DNA of 64,000 nt from a virus (Duplodnaviria > Caudoviricetes). Of the stretch, positions 1 to 9,415 are shown piece after piece; the stretch's first letter is position 1; every line of letters starts with the position of its first letter. The translations under genes were made by a program, and so were the position numbers. Where the stretch lies: IMG/VR virus record IMGVR_UViG_3300046461_000123, positions 706 to 64,705 of that record. One strand, written 5' to 3'. The notes below the pieces were generated by a model. That model was given only the letters and a program-made list of their open reading frames with translations. It was not told where the DNA came from and made no database searches.

Positions 1-6
1 CCGCCC

Positions 7-759
7 ATGACCCTTTTCAACCATCTTCTGCAGCCGGAGTTCAATGTCTTCGATGAAGACACACCACACTCTCGTGAAATCCCCGTTCCGGACGCCGCGA
101 GCGCAGCGGCATCACTCTCCATCGATGCCGCTTCTCCGCACGCGCTCATGAACGCGCAGGCCACCACCGTCTCGTGGCTCGATCAGGTCGGCGCACACAC
201 CGAGGACGCGGCCGACCCGAGCCTCGAGCAAGCGGCCAGGGACGCCGCGCGCAACGCCTTCTGCTCCGTCACCGACCCCTACCGCGATCCCATGCAGGCC
301 AAGGCCGCGCTCATGGCCCTGTCCGCGCCGCCCGCGGTGCGCCATCTCGCCGGCATGCTCACCCAGTACGACTGGGAGTTCGTCAAGCAGGCCAAGGAGA
401 TCCGCGGCTTCATCGTCGCGCGTCTCATCGAGCACAGCCGCTCACCCGATCCCAAGACTTCCCTGCCCGCGCTGAAGGCCCTTGGCACCGTGACCGAGAT
501 CGGCGCCTTCACGGAGCGCGTGGAGATCACCCGGCCCCCTTCCGACAACACCGCCGACGCCATCGTCGAGCGCCTGCGCGAGCGCCTCACCAAGCTCCTG
601 CCCAGGTCCGCTCCCCTGCCGGCAGACGACGAGGTGGAGGACGCCGTGATCACGGCAACTCAACCCCCTGCACCCCCCGCATCGGACGCACACTTCACAC
701 CGCCGCCCCCCGAGCCGGACACAACTCCTGCACCCCCTGCACCCCCTGCACGTCCATGA
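7..759 (+). CDS. Putative terminase small subunit
   Basis: 250 aa directly upstream of TerL; helical core (LPALKALGTVTEIGAFTERVEI) and Pro-rich tail; positional call. Confidence 0.55.
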   Translation: MTLFNHLLQPEFNVFDEDTPHSREIPVPDAASAAASLSIDAASPHALMNAQATTVSWLDQVGAHTEDAADPSLEQAARDAARNAFCSVTDPYRDPMQAKAALMALSAPPAVRHLAGMLTQYDWEFVKQAKEIRGFIVARLIEHSRSPDPKTSLPALKALGTVTEIGAFTERVEITRPPSDNTADAIVERLRERLTKLLPRSAPLPADDEVEDAVITATQPPAPPASDAHFTPPPPEPDTTPAPPAPPARP

Positions 760-765
760 ACGTCC

Positions 766-2337
766 ATGATTGACTTCCGTACTTTCGCAGACGCGGCCGC
801 GCATCCCCTCATGCCCCCGGAGGAAGTCAAGCGCCTCATCGACTCCCTCGCATCGCTCAGCGAGTCTGACGCCCTCGCCGTGCTCGCCGACCTCGACGCC
901 CTCGACCAAGCACAACAGTCCGAGCTTGCGAGGACTTCCTTTTTGCACTTCTGCGCGCGCATGTACCCCGGCTTCAAGCAAGGTCCCCACCATAGATTTC
1001 TGGAGCCGTTACTTCACAACGTCGCCTCCGGCGCCGAACTCCGTCTCACAGTATCGATGGCGCCGCGCTTCGGCAAGTCCATCACCATCGCCTTCCTGTT
1101 CGTGGCGTGGTATCTCGGGCATCACCCGGACCACCACGTCATGATGGTCACGCACACGTCCGACTTGTCCGCCAGCTTCGGCCGGCAGGTGCGCAACCTG
1201 TTGGCCACGCCCGATTACCTCGAGGTATTTCCCAGCACGGTCGTGAGCCGCGACAAGAGCGCAGCGGACGACTGGACGACCACGGTCGGGGGCAAGTACC
1301 TCGCGTTGGGGGTTGGCGGCTCGGCCGCGGGCTACGGCGCCCACCTCTTGATTGCAGACGACCTCGTGTCCGAGCAAGCGGTCCTGTCCAACCCCGACGC
1401 CGCCTTCGAGAACGCCTGGACCTACATGCAGGTTGGACCCCTGCAGCGCCTGATGCCCAGCGGGGCGATCATCATGATCGGCACCCGGTGGGGCAAGAAG
1501 GACCCGATCGGGCGCGCGCTGACGTGGGCCAGGGAGAACGCCGACAGCCTGCCCTGGAACGAGGTGCGCTTCCCCGCCATCCTGCCCTCCGGCAAGAGCC
1601 TGTGGCCCGAGCAGTGGCCCATCGACCAGCTGCTGGCCAAGAAGGCAGGCATGCAGCCGCAGTACTGGGCCGCGCAGTACGTGCAGGAGCCCCACCACGA
1701 GGAGGGCGCCATACTCAAGCGCGACTGGTGGCAGATATGGCCCAAGGACAAGCCGCCGGCCGTCACCTTCATCATCAGCTCCTGGGACACGGCGCACGAC
1801 ACCAAGTCGAGCAACGACTACAGCGCGTGCACCACCTGGGGCGTGTGGTTCAACGAGACCACCGGCCGCGACGAGCTGATCCTGCTGGACGCGTTCAAGG
1901 GGCGCTGGGAGTTCCCCCAGCTCAAGGCCAAGGCATGGGAGACCTACCGTGCGTGGGAGCCCGACGCGCTGCTGATCGAGAAGAAGGCGGCAGGAGCCCC
2001 GCTCATTCAGGAGATGCGCCAGGGCGGCATACCCGTGACCGAGGTCAACCCGAGCCGGGGCAAGGCCGGCATGTCCAACGACAAGCGCGCCCGTGGCAAC
2101 GCCGTGGCGCCTATCCTGTCCGACAAGATGGTCTGGGCTCCGGACCGGCGCTGGGCCTTCGAGGTGATCGAGGAGTGCGCGCAGTTCCCCTCGGGCGACA
2201 ACGACGACTTGTACGACACCGTGACGCAGGCGCTGCAGCGCTTCCGGGCCGGCGGGTTCCTGCGCATGAGCGGCGACCCGAGGGATGACGACGAGGAGTA
2301 CGCCACACGTCGCCGCCGGCACGCCGCGTACTATTGA
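766..2337 (+). CDS. terL: Terminase large subunit
   Basis: Walker A MAPRFGKS, Walker B LLIADD, GTRW coupling motif, nuclease motifs SWDTA and DDLYDTVTQAL. Confidence 0.96.
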   Translation: MIDFRTFADAAAHPLMPPEEVKRLIDSLASLSESDALAVLADLDALDQAQQSELARTSFLHFCARMYPGFKQGPHHRFLEPLLHNVASGAELRLTVSMAPRFGKSITIAFLFVAWYLGHHPDHHVMMVTHTSDLSASFGRQVRNLLATPDYLEVFPSTVVSRDKSAADDWTTTVGGKYLALGVGGSAAGYGAHLLIADDLVSEQAVLSNPDAAFENAWTYMQVGPLQRLMPSGAIIMIGTRWGKKDPIGRALTWARENADSLPWNEVRFPAILPSGKSLWPEQWPIDQLLAKKAGMQPQYWAAQYVQEPHHEEGAILKRDWWQIWPKDKPPAVTFIISSWDTAHDTKSSNDYSACTTWGVWFNETTGRDELILLDAFKGRWEFPQLKAKAWETYRAWEPDALLIEKKAAGAPLIQEMRQGGIPVTEVNPSRGKAGMSNDKRARGNAVAPILSDKMVWAPDRRWAFEVIEECAQFPSGDNDDLYDTVTQALQRFRAGGFLRMSGDPRDDDEEYATRRRRHAAYY

Positions 2338-2340
2338 CAA

Positions 2341-2403
2341 ACGCACGCTCGTCATACTTCGCGTGCACCTGCTACGCATGCTCGTCATACTTCGCGTGCA
2401 CTT
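2341..2403 (+). repeat. 33-bp tandem direct repeat (2 copies) between TerL and portal
   Basis: acgcacgctcgtcatacttcgcgtgcac at 2341 and acgcatgctcgtcatacttcgcgtgcac at 2374. Confidence 0.9.
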
Positions 2404-2418
2404 CGGGAGTCCATCATC

Positions 2419-5109
2419 ATGAATGTCGTCAAGTCGCTCGTCCCCGCGCCGCTGGGCCTGACTTCGCTTGCCAGCCCCGACGATGCGGCCAACGACATCG
2501 AGATCGAGCTCGTTGGCGACGGGGAGTCCGACGATCCTGAAGGCGACGCGCTGGCCGCGGCAGCCGCAGCGCTGCTGCCGCCGCCGGCCTTTGGCGACAA
2601 CCTGCTCGACATGGCCGACGAGCAGGAGATCAGCCGCCTCAACGGCGACATCGACCAGTGGGTGGACGAGGACAAGCGCAGCCGGCGCGACTGGGAGGAG
2701 ACCTACCGCGACGGGCTCGAGCTGCTGGGGCTCAAGTACGAGGAGCGCACCGAGCCGTGGCAGGGCGCCTGCGGCGTGACGCACCCCATGATCACGGAGG
2801 CGGTGGTGCGCTTCCAGTCCGAGACCATCATGGAGGTCTTCCCGGCGAGCGGCCCGGTCAACACCAAGATCATCGGCGAGGAGACGCAGGACAAGAAGGC
2901 TGCGGCGATGCGCGTCAAGGCCGAGATGAACTACCAGCTCACCGAGCGCATGCTCGAGTTCCGCAGCGAGCACGAGAAGATGCTGTGGAACCTGAGCCCC
3001 GTGGGCTGTGCGTTCAAGAAGATCAACGACGATCCGCTCCTTGGCCGGCAGGTGAGCCTGTTCGTGCCGGCCGAGTGCATCGTGATGCCCTACAGCGCGG
3101 CGAATGTGTATTCGTCCGAGCGCGTCACGCACGTCATGCGCAAGAGCGAGATGGAGATCCAGAGCCTGCAGGCGAGCGGGGTCTACAGCGCCGACGCCGT
3201 GCTGGGCACGCCCTACCGCGAACTCGACGATATACAGGACGCCAAGGACGAAGCCACCGGCTTCAGCGACATCAACGACGAGGGCTACACCCTCTACGAG
3301 ATGCAGGTCAGCATGGTCCTCAAGGGCTGCGAGTGCGACGGTGACTTGAAGCGGCCAAGGCCCTACGTCATCACCAAGATCAAGGGCGGCGCCATGCTGT
3401 CGATCCGGCGCAACTGGATCGAGAACGATCCGCTGTACCTGCGCCGCCAGCACATCGTCCAGTACGACTACATCCCCGGCTTCGGCCCTTATGGCTATGG
3501 CTTGTTCCACCTCATCGGGGGATATGCCAAGGCTGCCACATCGATCCTGCGTCAACTCGTCGATGCCGGAACCCTCTCGAACCTCCCAGGAGGTTTGAAG
3601 ACCAAGGGGTTGCGCATCAAGGGCGACGACACGCCGATCAGCCCTGGTGAATGGCGCGACGTGGACGTGATGTCCGGCGTGCTGCGAGACAACCTCCTGC
3701 CGCTCCCGTACAAGGAACCGAGTCTTGTTCTCGCAGGGCTGCTGGACAAGATCATTGAGGACGGCCGGCGGCTGCCGGGCACGGCCGACATGAAGATCAG
3801 CGACATGAGCGCGCAGACGCCGGTAGGGACCACGCTGGCCCTTCTCGAACGGCAGCTCAAGGTGATGTCCGCGGTGCAGGCGCGCACGCACAACTCCTTC
3901 AAGCAGGAGCTGAAGCTGCTGAAGCAGGTGATCGCGGACAGCGGCGACGACAGCTACACCTACCAGACCACCGCACCGCAGCCGGGCTCCAAGCAGCAAG
4001 ACTTCTCGATGGTCGATGTCATCCCGGTGAGCGACCCGAGCGCGGCCACGATGAGTCAGCGCGTCGTGCAGTACCAAGCCGTGATCCAGCTGTCGCAGCA
4101 GGCGCCCCAGGTCTACGACTTGGCGCAGTTGCACCGCAACATGCTGGAGGTGCTGGGCATCAAGGATCCGGTCAAGCTGGTGCCGATGCCCGACGAAGCG
4201 ATGCCCGCCGATCCGGTGACGGAGAACATGAACGTGCTGATGGGCAAGCCGATCAAGGCGTTCGTGGCGCAGAACCATGCCGCGCACTTGCAGACGCACC
4301 AAGCGATGCTGAACGACCCGGTTGTCATGCAGTCGATCGGCCAGAACCCGAAGGCGCCCATGATGACGGCCGCGATGCAGGCGCACATCGCCGAGCACAC
4401 GGCGTACCAGTACCGCCAGAGTGTCGAGCAGGCGCTCGGACAGCCGCTGCCGGATCCGGGCAAGCCGATGGCGCCGGAACAGGAGCAGCAGCTTGCACAG
4501 GCGCTTGCGCAGGCAGCCGCTCAGGTGCAGCAGACCAACCAGCAGCAGGCGAAGGCCGCGCAGGCTGCGCAGCAGGCGCAGGATCCCATGATGCAGCTGC
4601 AAGTGCGCGCGCTCGATCAGCGCGATCGCGAACTCGGCATCAAGGAGCGCGAGCTGCAGGTCAAGGCGAGCGATCTGGCCGACAAGAACGATCTGTCCGA
4701 GAAGAAGTTCCTGACCGACGCTGCGGACAAGGCCGACAAGCTCGATCTGCAGGAGAAGAAGCTGATGCAGCAAGGCGAGCTGGGCGAGCAGCAGATCGAG
4801 GTCAAGGCGCTGCAGGTCGGCATGATGGGCCGTGCACAGGATCAGGCGCTGCTGGCGCAGGACCGGGCCGATGCACAGGCCAACGTCGATCGGTTGTCGG
4901 CCGAGCACGCCACCAACGAGATCGGCGAGAGCGCTCCGCCAAAGCCGGCGCAGCCGCCGCAGGCGGCTCAGCAGGCAGCGTCCCAGCCACCACCATCGGC
5001 AGCGATATTGGCAGCGGCACAGGCCCCGCAGGCGGCCCCGCAGGGGGCTGCGCAGGCAGGGTCGGCGCCGCAGCAGCTGCCCCCGATTGAACCGAAGGGA
5101 CCGGCATGA
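2419..5109 (+). CDS. Portal protein with long Gln/Ala/Pro-rich C-terminal extension
   Basis: 896 aa after TerL; motifs PWQGACGVTHP, YGYGLFHLIGG, LVDAGTLSNLPGG typical of podovirus-type portals. Confidence 0.88.
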   Translation: MNVVKSLVPAPLGLTSLASPDDAANDIEIELVGDGESDDPEGDALAAAAAALLPPPAFGDNLLDMADEQEISRLNGDIDQWVDEDKRSRRDWEETYRDGLELLGLKYEERTEPWQGACGVTHPMITEAVVRFQSETIMEVFPASGPVNTKIIGEETQDKKAAAMRVKAEMNYQLTERMLEFRSEHEKMLWNLSPVGCAFKKINDDPLLGRQVSLFVPAECIVMPYSAANVYSSERVTHVMRKSEMEIQSLQASGVYSADAVLGTPYRELDDIQDAKDEATGFSDINDEGYTLYEMQVSMVLKGCECDGDLKRPRPYVITKIKGGAMLSIRRNWIENDPLYLRRQHIVQYDYIPGFGPYGYGLFHLIGGYAKAATSILRQLVDAGTLSNLPGGLKTKGLRIKGDDTPISPGEWRDVDVMSGVLRDNLLPLPYKEPSLVLAGLLDKIIEDGRRLPGTADMKISDMSAQTPVGTTLALLERQLKVMSAVQARTHNSFKQELKLLKQVIADSGDDSYTYQTTAPQPGSKQQDFSMVDVIPVSDPSAATMSQRVVQYQAVIQLSQQAPQVYDLAQLHRNMLEVLGIKDPVKLVPMPDEAMPADPVTENMNVLMGKPIKAFVAQNHAAHLQTHQAMLNDPVVMQSIGQNPKAPMMTAAMQAHIAEHTAYQYRQSVEQALGQPLPDPGKPMAPEQEQQLAQALAQAAAQVQQTNQQQAKAAQAAQQAQDPMMQLQVRALDQRDRELGIKERELQVKASDLADKNDLSEKKFLTDAADKADKLDLQEKKLMQQGELGEQQIEVKALQVGMMGRAQDQALLAQDRADAQANVDRLSAEHATNEIGESAPPKPAQPPQAAQQAASQPPPSAAILAAAQAPQAAPQGAAQAGSAPQQLPPIEPKGPA

Positions 5110-5318
5110 AGGCGGATAAGCTCCGTACGGCCGACGACCTTCTGGGGAGGTTGCGTGAAGAGATCCGGCTGCGCGTGACGGCGCTCGCGAGCGGCACGCC
5201 GCGCAGCTATGAGGAGTACCAAAATCTCGTCGGTGTGATAACTGGTCTGCGCACTGCCGAGCAACTGCTGAGTGACCTGCTGGAAAGTAGCGCCCATGAC
5301 TTTGACGACCCGCCCTGA
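5106..5318 (+). CDS. Conserved small phage protein
   Basis: 70 aa, ATGA-coupled to portal; YEEYQNLVGVITGL motif. Confidence 0.7.
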   Translation: MKADKLRTADDLLGRLREEIRLRVTALASGTPRSYEEYQNLVGVITGLRTAEQLLSDLLESSAHDFDDPP

Positions 5319-5739
5319 TGAGCTGATCCTGCCGCCTGGGATTCAACGTATCGACGAGCCGGACGAACCCGACGGACCCACTGCGGCGGATAGCGGTACG
5401 GGGGCCATGCTGCCTATGCCGACCGGCTTTCACCTGCTGTGCGCGGCGCCGGAGTCGAGCGAGTCCTTCGATGACTCGGTGCTGGTCAAGACGCGCAAGC
5501 TGCAGCAGGACGAAGAGGCAGGCACCAACGTGCTGTTCGTGCTTGCTGTCGGTCCCGATGCCTACAAGGACCCGGTGCGCTTCCCTAGCGGGGCGTGGTG
5601 CAAGGAAGGCGACTGGGTTGTTGTACGCACCTATGCGGGCACGAAGTTCAAGCTGTTCGGGAAGGAGTTCCGGCTGCTGAACGACGATCAGGTGGAAGCC
5701 ACCGTGTCCGATCCCCGCGGCCTTAGTCGCGCGTATTGA
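5296..5739 (+). CDS. groES: GroES/Cpn10-like co-chaperonin
   Basis: PMPTGFHLL, VLAVGPDAY, WCKEGDWVVVRTYAGT, FRLLNDDQVEA; start taken at ATG 5296. Confidence 0.88.
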   Translation: MTLTTRPDELILPPGIQRIDEPDEPDGPTAADSGTGAMLPMPTGFHLLCAAPESSESFDDSVLVKTRKLQQDEEAGTNVLFVLAVGPDAYKDPVRFPSGAWCKEGDWVVVRTYAGTKFKLFGKEFRLLNDDQVEATVSDPRGLSRAY

Positions 5740-5750
5740 AGGAGAGCAGC

Positions 5751-6719
5751 ATGGCAACGAAACCCAATGACGACGACGAAGAAGTCGTCAGTATCAACGG
5801 CGCCAATGGCGCGGTACGTGCGAGTGGCGCGGATGACGAGATCGAGATCGTTGACGACATGCCGGCGGCCGACCGGGGCCGCAAGCCGCTAGCGCACGAG
5901 GTCAAGGATCCGGACGACGAGGAGCTGGCCACCTACTCGGCCGGCGTCAAGGCGCGCATGGCCGAGCTGACCCATGCCCGGCACGATGAGCGCCGGGCGC
6001 GTGAGGCGGCGGAGCGCGAGCGTGACGAGGCGGTACGCGCGTCGCAGTCGCTGCTGCAGCACAACCGCACGCTGGCGCAGCGCACGACCAACGGCGAGAC
6101 GCACCTGCTGGCGGCGTCGAAGGCCAATGTCGAGGCGGTGCTGGATGCGGCACGCAAGGAGCTGAAGGCAGCCAAGGAAGCGTTCGATCCCGACGCCGAG
6201 ATGGCGGCGCAGGAGAAGCTGCTCGAAGCCAAGATCCAGCTGCGCGAGATCGCGAATTTCAGGCCCGTCCCTGTTCAAGCCGCGGAGGAAGTGGTTACAC
6301 TCCCCGCCGTAGGTGCCGAGAACGCTCCGGTTGACCAGAAAACACTGCGCTGGCAGGCTCGAAACCAGTGGTTCGGAGCGGACGGCAACGAGGAAATGAC
6401 CAGCTTTGCGCTGGGGCTTCACCAGAAGCTCGTGAAGCAGGGCGTTGATCCTCGCTCAGACGAGTATTTTCAGAAAGTCGATGGCCGGCTCCACGAGGTC
6501 TTCACCGATTTCTTCGGCGAAGCTCGAGCGGATGCCGATCCCGACGCTCGCTCACAGCAGCGCACGACCACGCGTACCAGCCCGGTAACTTCCGCGGCTC
6601 GCACCAGCAACGGTCCCACCAAAGTCCGGCTTACTCCGACGCAGCTCGCGCTGGCGAAGAAGTTCGGGCTGACCCCGCAGCAATATGCACAGGAAGTTGT
6701 GCGTCTGGAGCAGAAATGA
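5751..6719 (+). CDS. Putative capsid scaffolding protein
   Basis: Acidic N-terminus, coiled coil, C-terminal LAKKFGLTPQQYA; GGAG RBS before ATG 5751; lies between portal and capsid genes. Confidence 0.7.
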   Translation: MATKPNDDDEEVVSINGANGAVRASGADDEIEIVDDMPAADRGRKPLAHEVKDPDDEELATYSAGVKARMAELTHARHDERRAREAAERERDEAVRASQSLLQHNRTLAQRTTNGETHLLAASKANVEAVLDAARKELKAAKEAFDPDAEMAAQEKLLEAKIQLREIANFRPVPVQAAEEVVTLPAVGAENAPVDQKTLRWQARNQWFGADGNEEMTSFALGLHQKLVKQGVDPRSDEYFQKVDGRLHEVFTDFFGEARADADPDARSQQRTTTRTSPVTSAARTSNGPTKVRLTPTQLALAKKFGLTPQQYAQEVVRLEQK

Positions 6720-7168
6720 CTGAAGTCCGTCGCCCTCGCGAGAATGACTCGCGCGCAGAAACCGTTCGTGAGGAGTACGTCCCTCCGAGCACCTTGCCTG
6801 TCCCGAATGCCGTCGAAGGATTCAGCTTTCACTGGGTCTCTACGCAGGTGCTGGGGATTGCCGATCCCACCAACGTCAGCAAGAAGATGCGCGAAGGTTG
6901 GGTGCCGGTCAAGGCAGCGGACCATCCCGAGCTGATGCTGCCTGCCACTGCGGCCGGCAATGTGGAAGTCGGTGGCCTGATGCTGTGCAAGATGCCCACG
7001 GCGCGGCTGCGTGCGCGCAATGCGTACTACGCCGATCAGGCGCGCAAGCAGATGCAGTCTGTGGATACCGCTCTCATGCGCAACAACGACCCTCGCATGC
7101 CGCTGTTCGTGGAACGCAAGTCCAAGACGGTGCGCGGCGATTCTTATTCTTTTGGCAATGGAACCTGA
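6716..7168 (+). CDS. Conserved head-module protein
   Basis: 150 aa, REGWVPVKA...GGLMLCKMP; coupled to upstream stop. Confidence 0.7.
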   Translation: MTEVRRPRENDSRAETVREEYVPPSTLPVPNAVEGFSFHWVSTQVLGIADPTNVSKKMREGWVPVKAADHPELMLPATAAGNVEVGGLMLCKMPTARLRARNAYYADQARKQMQSVDTALMRNNDPRMPLFVERKSKTVRGDSYSFGNGT

Positions 7169-7179
7169 AGGAACCAATC

Positions 7180-7785
7180 ATGTCCCTTACCGCAACTCCC
7201 TACGGGCTGCGCCCCGTAAAGCGCATGGACGGGCTGCCGTATGCCGGCGCCGTCAGCGAGTTTGAAATCAATCCGGCGGGCATCGCCACCAACCTCTTCT
7301 TCGGCTCGATCGTCGCGCTCGACACCAACGGCTACATCGTGCTGGTGACGGCCACTGGTGCGGACGGCACGACCAATGCTCTCCCGGCAGGCACGATGGG
7401 CATCTTCGTCGGCTGCGAGTTCATCAACGCGCTGGGGCAGCAGCAGTTCTCCCAGTACTATCCGGCGAACTACGTCGCGCCGGCCGGCACGAAGATCAAG
7501 GCCAAGGTGGTCGCCGATCCCGATGTGCTGTTCCAGGGCCAGCTGAACGGACCGGCCCTGCAAGCCATGCTGGGGGCGAATACGTTCCTGGCGGCAGTGC
7601 AGAGCACCTCCACCGGCAGCACGCGCACCGGCAACTCCACGTCGGCACTCTCGACGACCGTGCAAACGGCTGCCGCAGCGTTCCGTGTCGTGGCGATCGT
7701 CTCGCCTCTCACGGATAGCTTCGGCGACGTGTTGGTGAAGTTCAACCCTGGCCAGCACAGCTATCTCAACGCTGTCGGCATCTGA
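7180..7785 (+). CDS. Putative capsid decoration/cement protein
   Basis: MSLTATPYGLRPVK start after AAGGA RBS; 201 aa, beta-rich, directly before the capsid gene. Confidence 0.6.
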   Translation: MSLTATPYGLRPVKRMDGLPYAGAVSEFEINPAGIATNLFFGSIVALDTNGYIVLVTATGADGTTNALPAGTMGIFVGCEFINALGQQQFSQYYPANYVAPAGTKIKAKVVADPDVLFQGQLNGPALQAMLGANTFLAAVQSTSTGSTRTGNSTSALSTTVQTAAAAFRVVAIVSPLTDSFGDVLVKFNPGQHSYLNAVGI

Positions 7786-7797
7786 GGAGTAATCAAC

Positions 7798-8730
7798 ATG
7801 GCCATCTCTCGTGCACAACTGATGAAGGAGCTTCTGCCGGGGCTCAATGCGCTGTTCGGACTGGAGTACAAGCAGTACGCCGAAGAGCACAAGGACATCT
7901 TCGACACCGAGTCTTCGGAGCGCTCGTTCGAGGAAGAAACCAAGCTGGCGGGCTTTGGTGCCGCGCCGGTCAAGGCCGAAGGCGACGCGATCGCGTACGA
8001 CAACGCACAGGAGGCGTTCACCTCGCGCTACGTCCACGAGACCATTGCGCTTGGGTTCAGCGTCACCGAGGAAGCGGTCGAGGACAATCTCTACGACTCG
8101 CTCTCGGCGCGCTACACCAAGGCGCTGGCTCGTGCGATGGCGTACACCAAGCAGGTCAAGGGTGCGGCCGTGCTCAACAACGGCTTCAGCCAGAACTTCC
8201 TGGGTGGTGACGGCGTGTCGTTGTTCGGTATCAACTCGGGCGGTACGCGCACCGGGCATCCGCTGGTCGGCGGTGGGTTCAACTTCAACAATCCCGCTGT
8301 CGGCGTGGATCTGAACGAGACCTCGCTCGAGGCGGCGATCATTCAGGTCGCAGCGTGGACCGATGAGCGCGGCCTGTTGATCGCAGCCAAGCCGAAGAAG
8401 CTGGTGGTGCCGCCGTCGCTGATGTTCGTCTGCGTGCGGCTGTTGCAGTCGGAGGGGCGTGTTTCGACCGCCGACAACGACATCAACGCGATTCGCAACA
8501 TGTCGGCAGTTCCGGGCGGCTATACGGTCAACCACTTCCTGACCGACACGAACGCATGGTTCCTGAAGACGGACGTGCCGAACGGCTTGAAGTACTTCGA
8601 TCGCGTAGCGCTCAAGACGAGCATGGATGAGGACTTCGACACCGGCAACTGCCGGTACAAGGCCCGCGAACGCTACAGCTTCGGCTACAGCGATGCGCTG
8701 GGCATGTGGGGTAGCGCCGGCTCGACTTGA
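7798..8730 (+). CDS. Major capsid protein (HK97 fold, Mu gpT-like)
   Basis: 310 aa with strong GAGGAG RBS and downstream terminator; motifs ETIALGFSVTEEA, PKKLVVP, AWFL, YKARERYSFG. Confidence 0.9.
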   Translation: MAISRAQLMKELLPGLNALFGLEYKQYAEEHKDIFDTESSERSFEEETKLAGFGAAPVKAEGDAIAYDNAQEAFTSRYVHETIALGFSVTEEAVEDNLYDSLSARYTKALARAMAYTKQVKGAAVLNNGFSQNFLGGDGVSLFGINSGGTRTGHPLVGGGFNFNNPAVGVDLNETSLEAAIIQVAAWTDERGLLIAAKPKKLVVPPSLMFVCVRLLQSEGRVSTADNDINAIRNMSAVPGGYTVNHFLTDTNAWFLKTDVPNGLKYFDRVALKTSMDEDFDTGNCRYKARERYSFGYSDALGMWGSAGST

Positions 8731-8750
8731 ATCGGGGTTGCGGCACTGGC

Positions 8751-8783
8751 AAAGGCCCCTGCGGGGGCCTTTTCTTTTGTTTT
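8751..8783 (+). terminator. Rho-independent terminator after capsid gene
   Basis: aaaggcccc-tgcg-ggggccttt hairpin followed by T-rich tail. Confidence 0.9.
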
Positions 8784-8889
8784 GAGCAGCGTACACTGCG
8801 CTCGTTCCGGGACTTCAATCCATCGCGCCACGACTGGCCCGGCAGACGACATGCAGACGTGGCACGCATCACTCGCATGTGAGGAACCT

Positions 8890-9141
8890 ATGGCACGTAC
8901 CACTTTCTCTGGTCCGGTCGCTTCTGACAATGGCTTCATCGGTACGCTCCTGCCACCTGCAGGTGTGGGCTACGGCATTCTCTTCACGCCGATCGCCAGC
9001 GCGTCGCTGCCGGCGCCTGCCGCGTCGATCATGGGTGCCGTGGGGCTGGTCAACGACAACGGCGTGGGCAACAACGAATGGTGCCTCGTGATCTGCACGG
9101 GTGCCGCGTGGGTCACTTGCACGGGGCAGGCGCTGACGTAA
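8890..9141 (+). CDS. Small virion protein
   Basis: GAGGA RBS then MARTTFSGPVASDNGF, 83 aa. Confidence 0.65.
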   Translation: MARTTFSGPVASDNGFIGTLLPPAGVGYGILFTPIASASLPAPAASIMGAVGLVNDNGVGNNEWCLVICTGAAWVTCTGQALT

Positions 9142-9151
9142 GGAGTCGGAC

Positions 9152-9409
9152 ATGGGACAGAAAACTAATCCCAGCCCGACGTACCCGACGTTCCCTGGTG
9201 GTGCCGTTGCTGTTGTTCCAAGCGACACGGTGCTGCTGGCAAACCCCTCCGTGATCTACGTGGGGGGTGCGGGCAACGTCAGCGTGCTGACGGAGCAGGG
9301 TGACACCGTGACGTTCACGGCGGTGCCTGTGGGCTCGGTGATTCCGGTGCGCGTGATGCGCGTGAATGCAGCGGTCACGTCAGCGACACTGATGATCGCC
9401 ATCTACTAG
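9152..9409 (+). CDS. Head-spike base protein (RcGTA Rcc01079/GhsA-like)
   Basis: 85 aa; AVAVVPSDT...IYVGGAGNVSV...GDTVTFTAVPVGSVIPVRVMRV...ATLMIAIY matches the remembered family pattern. Confidence 0.8.
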   Translation: MGQKTNPSPTYPTFPGGAVAVVPSDTVLLANPSVIYVGGAGNVSVLTEQGDTVTFTAVPVGSVIPVRVMRVNAAVTSATLMIAIY

Positions 9410-9415
9410 GCATGC

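Noticed and set aside
1009-5757. 1582-aa minus-strand ORF
   Set aside because: Antisense shadow of TerL, portal and GroES caused by high-GC codon bias; no motifs
6898-7179. Upstream extensions of ORF-track calls (6898, 10051, 10946, 13364, 14523, 53622)
   Set aside because: They overlap real upstream genes; internal starts with RBS or stop-start coupling are better supported
8782-8889. Possible structured RNA or tRNA after the capsid terminator
   Set aside because: No cloverleaf or recognisable family by eye; needs an Infernal/tRNAscan search
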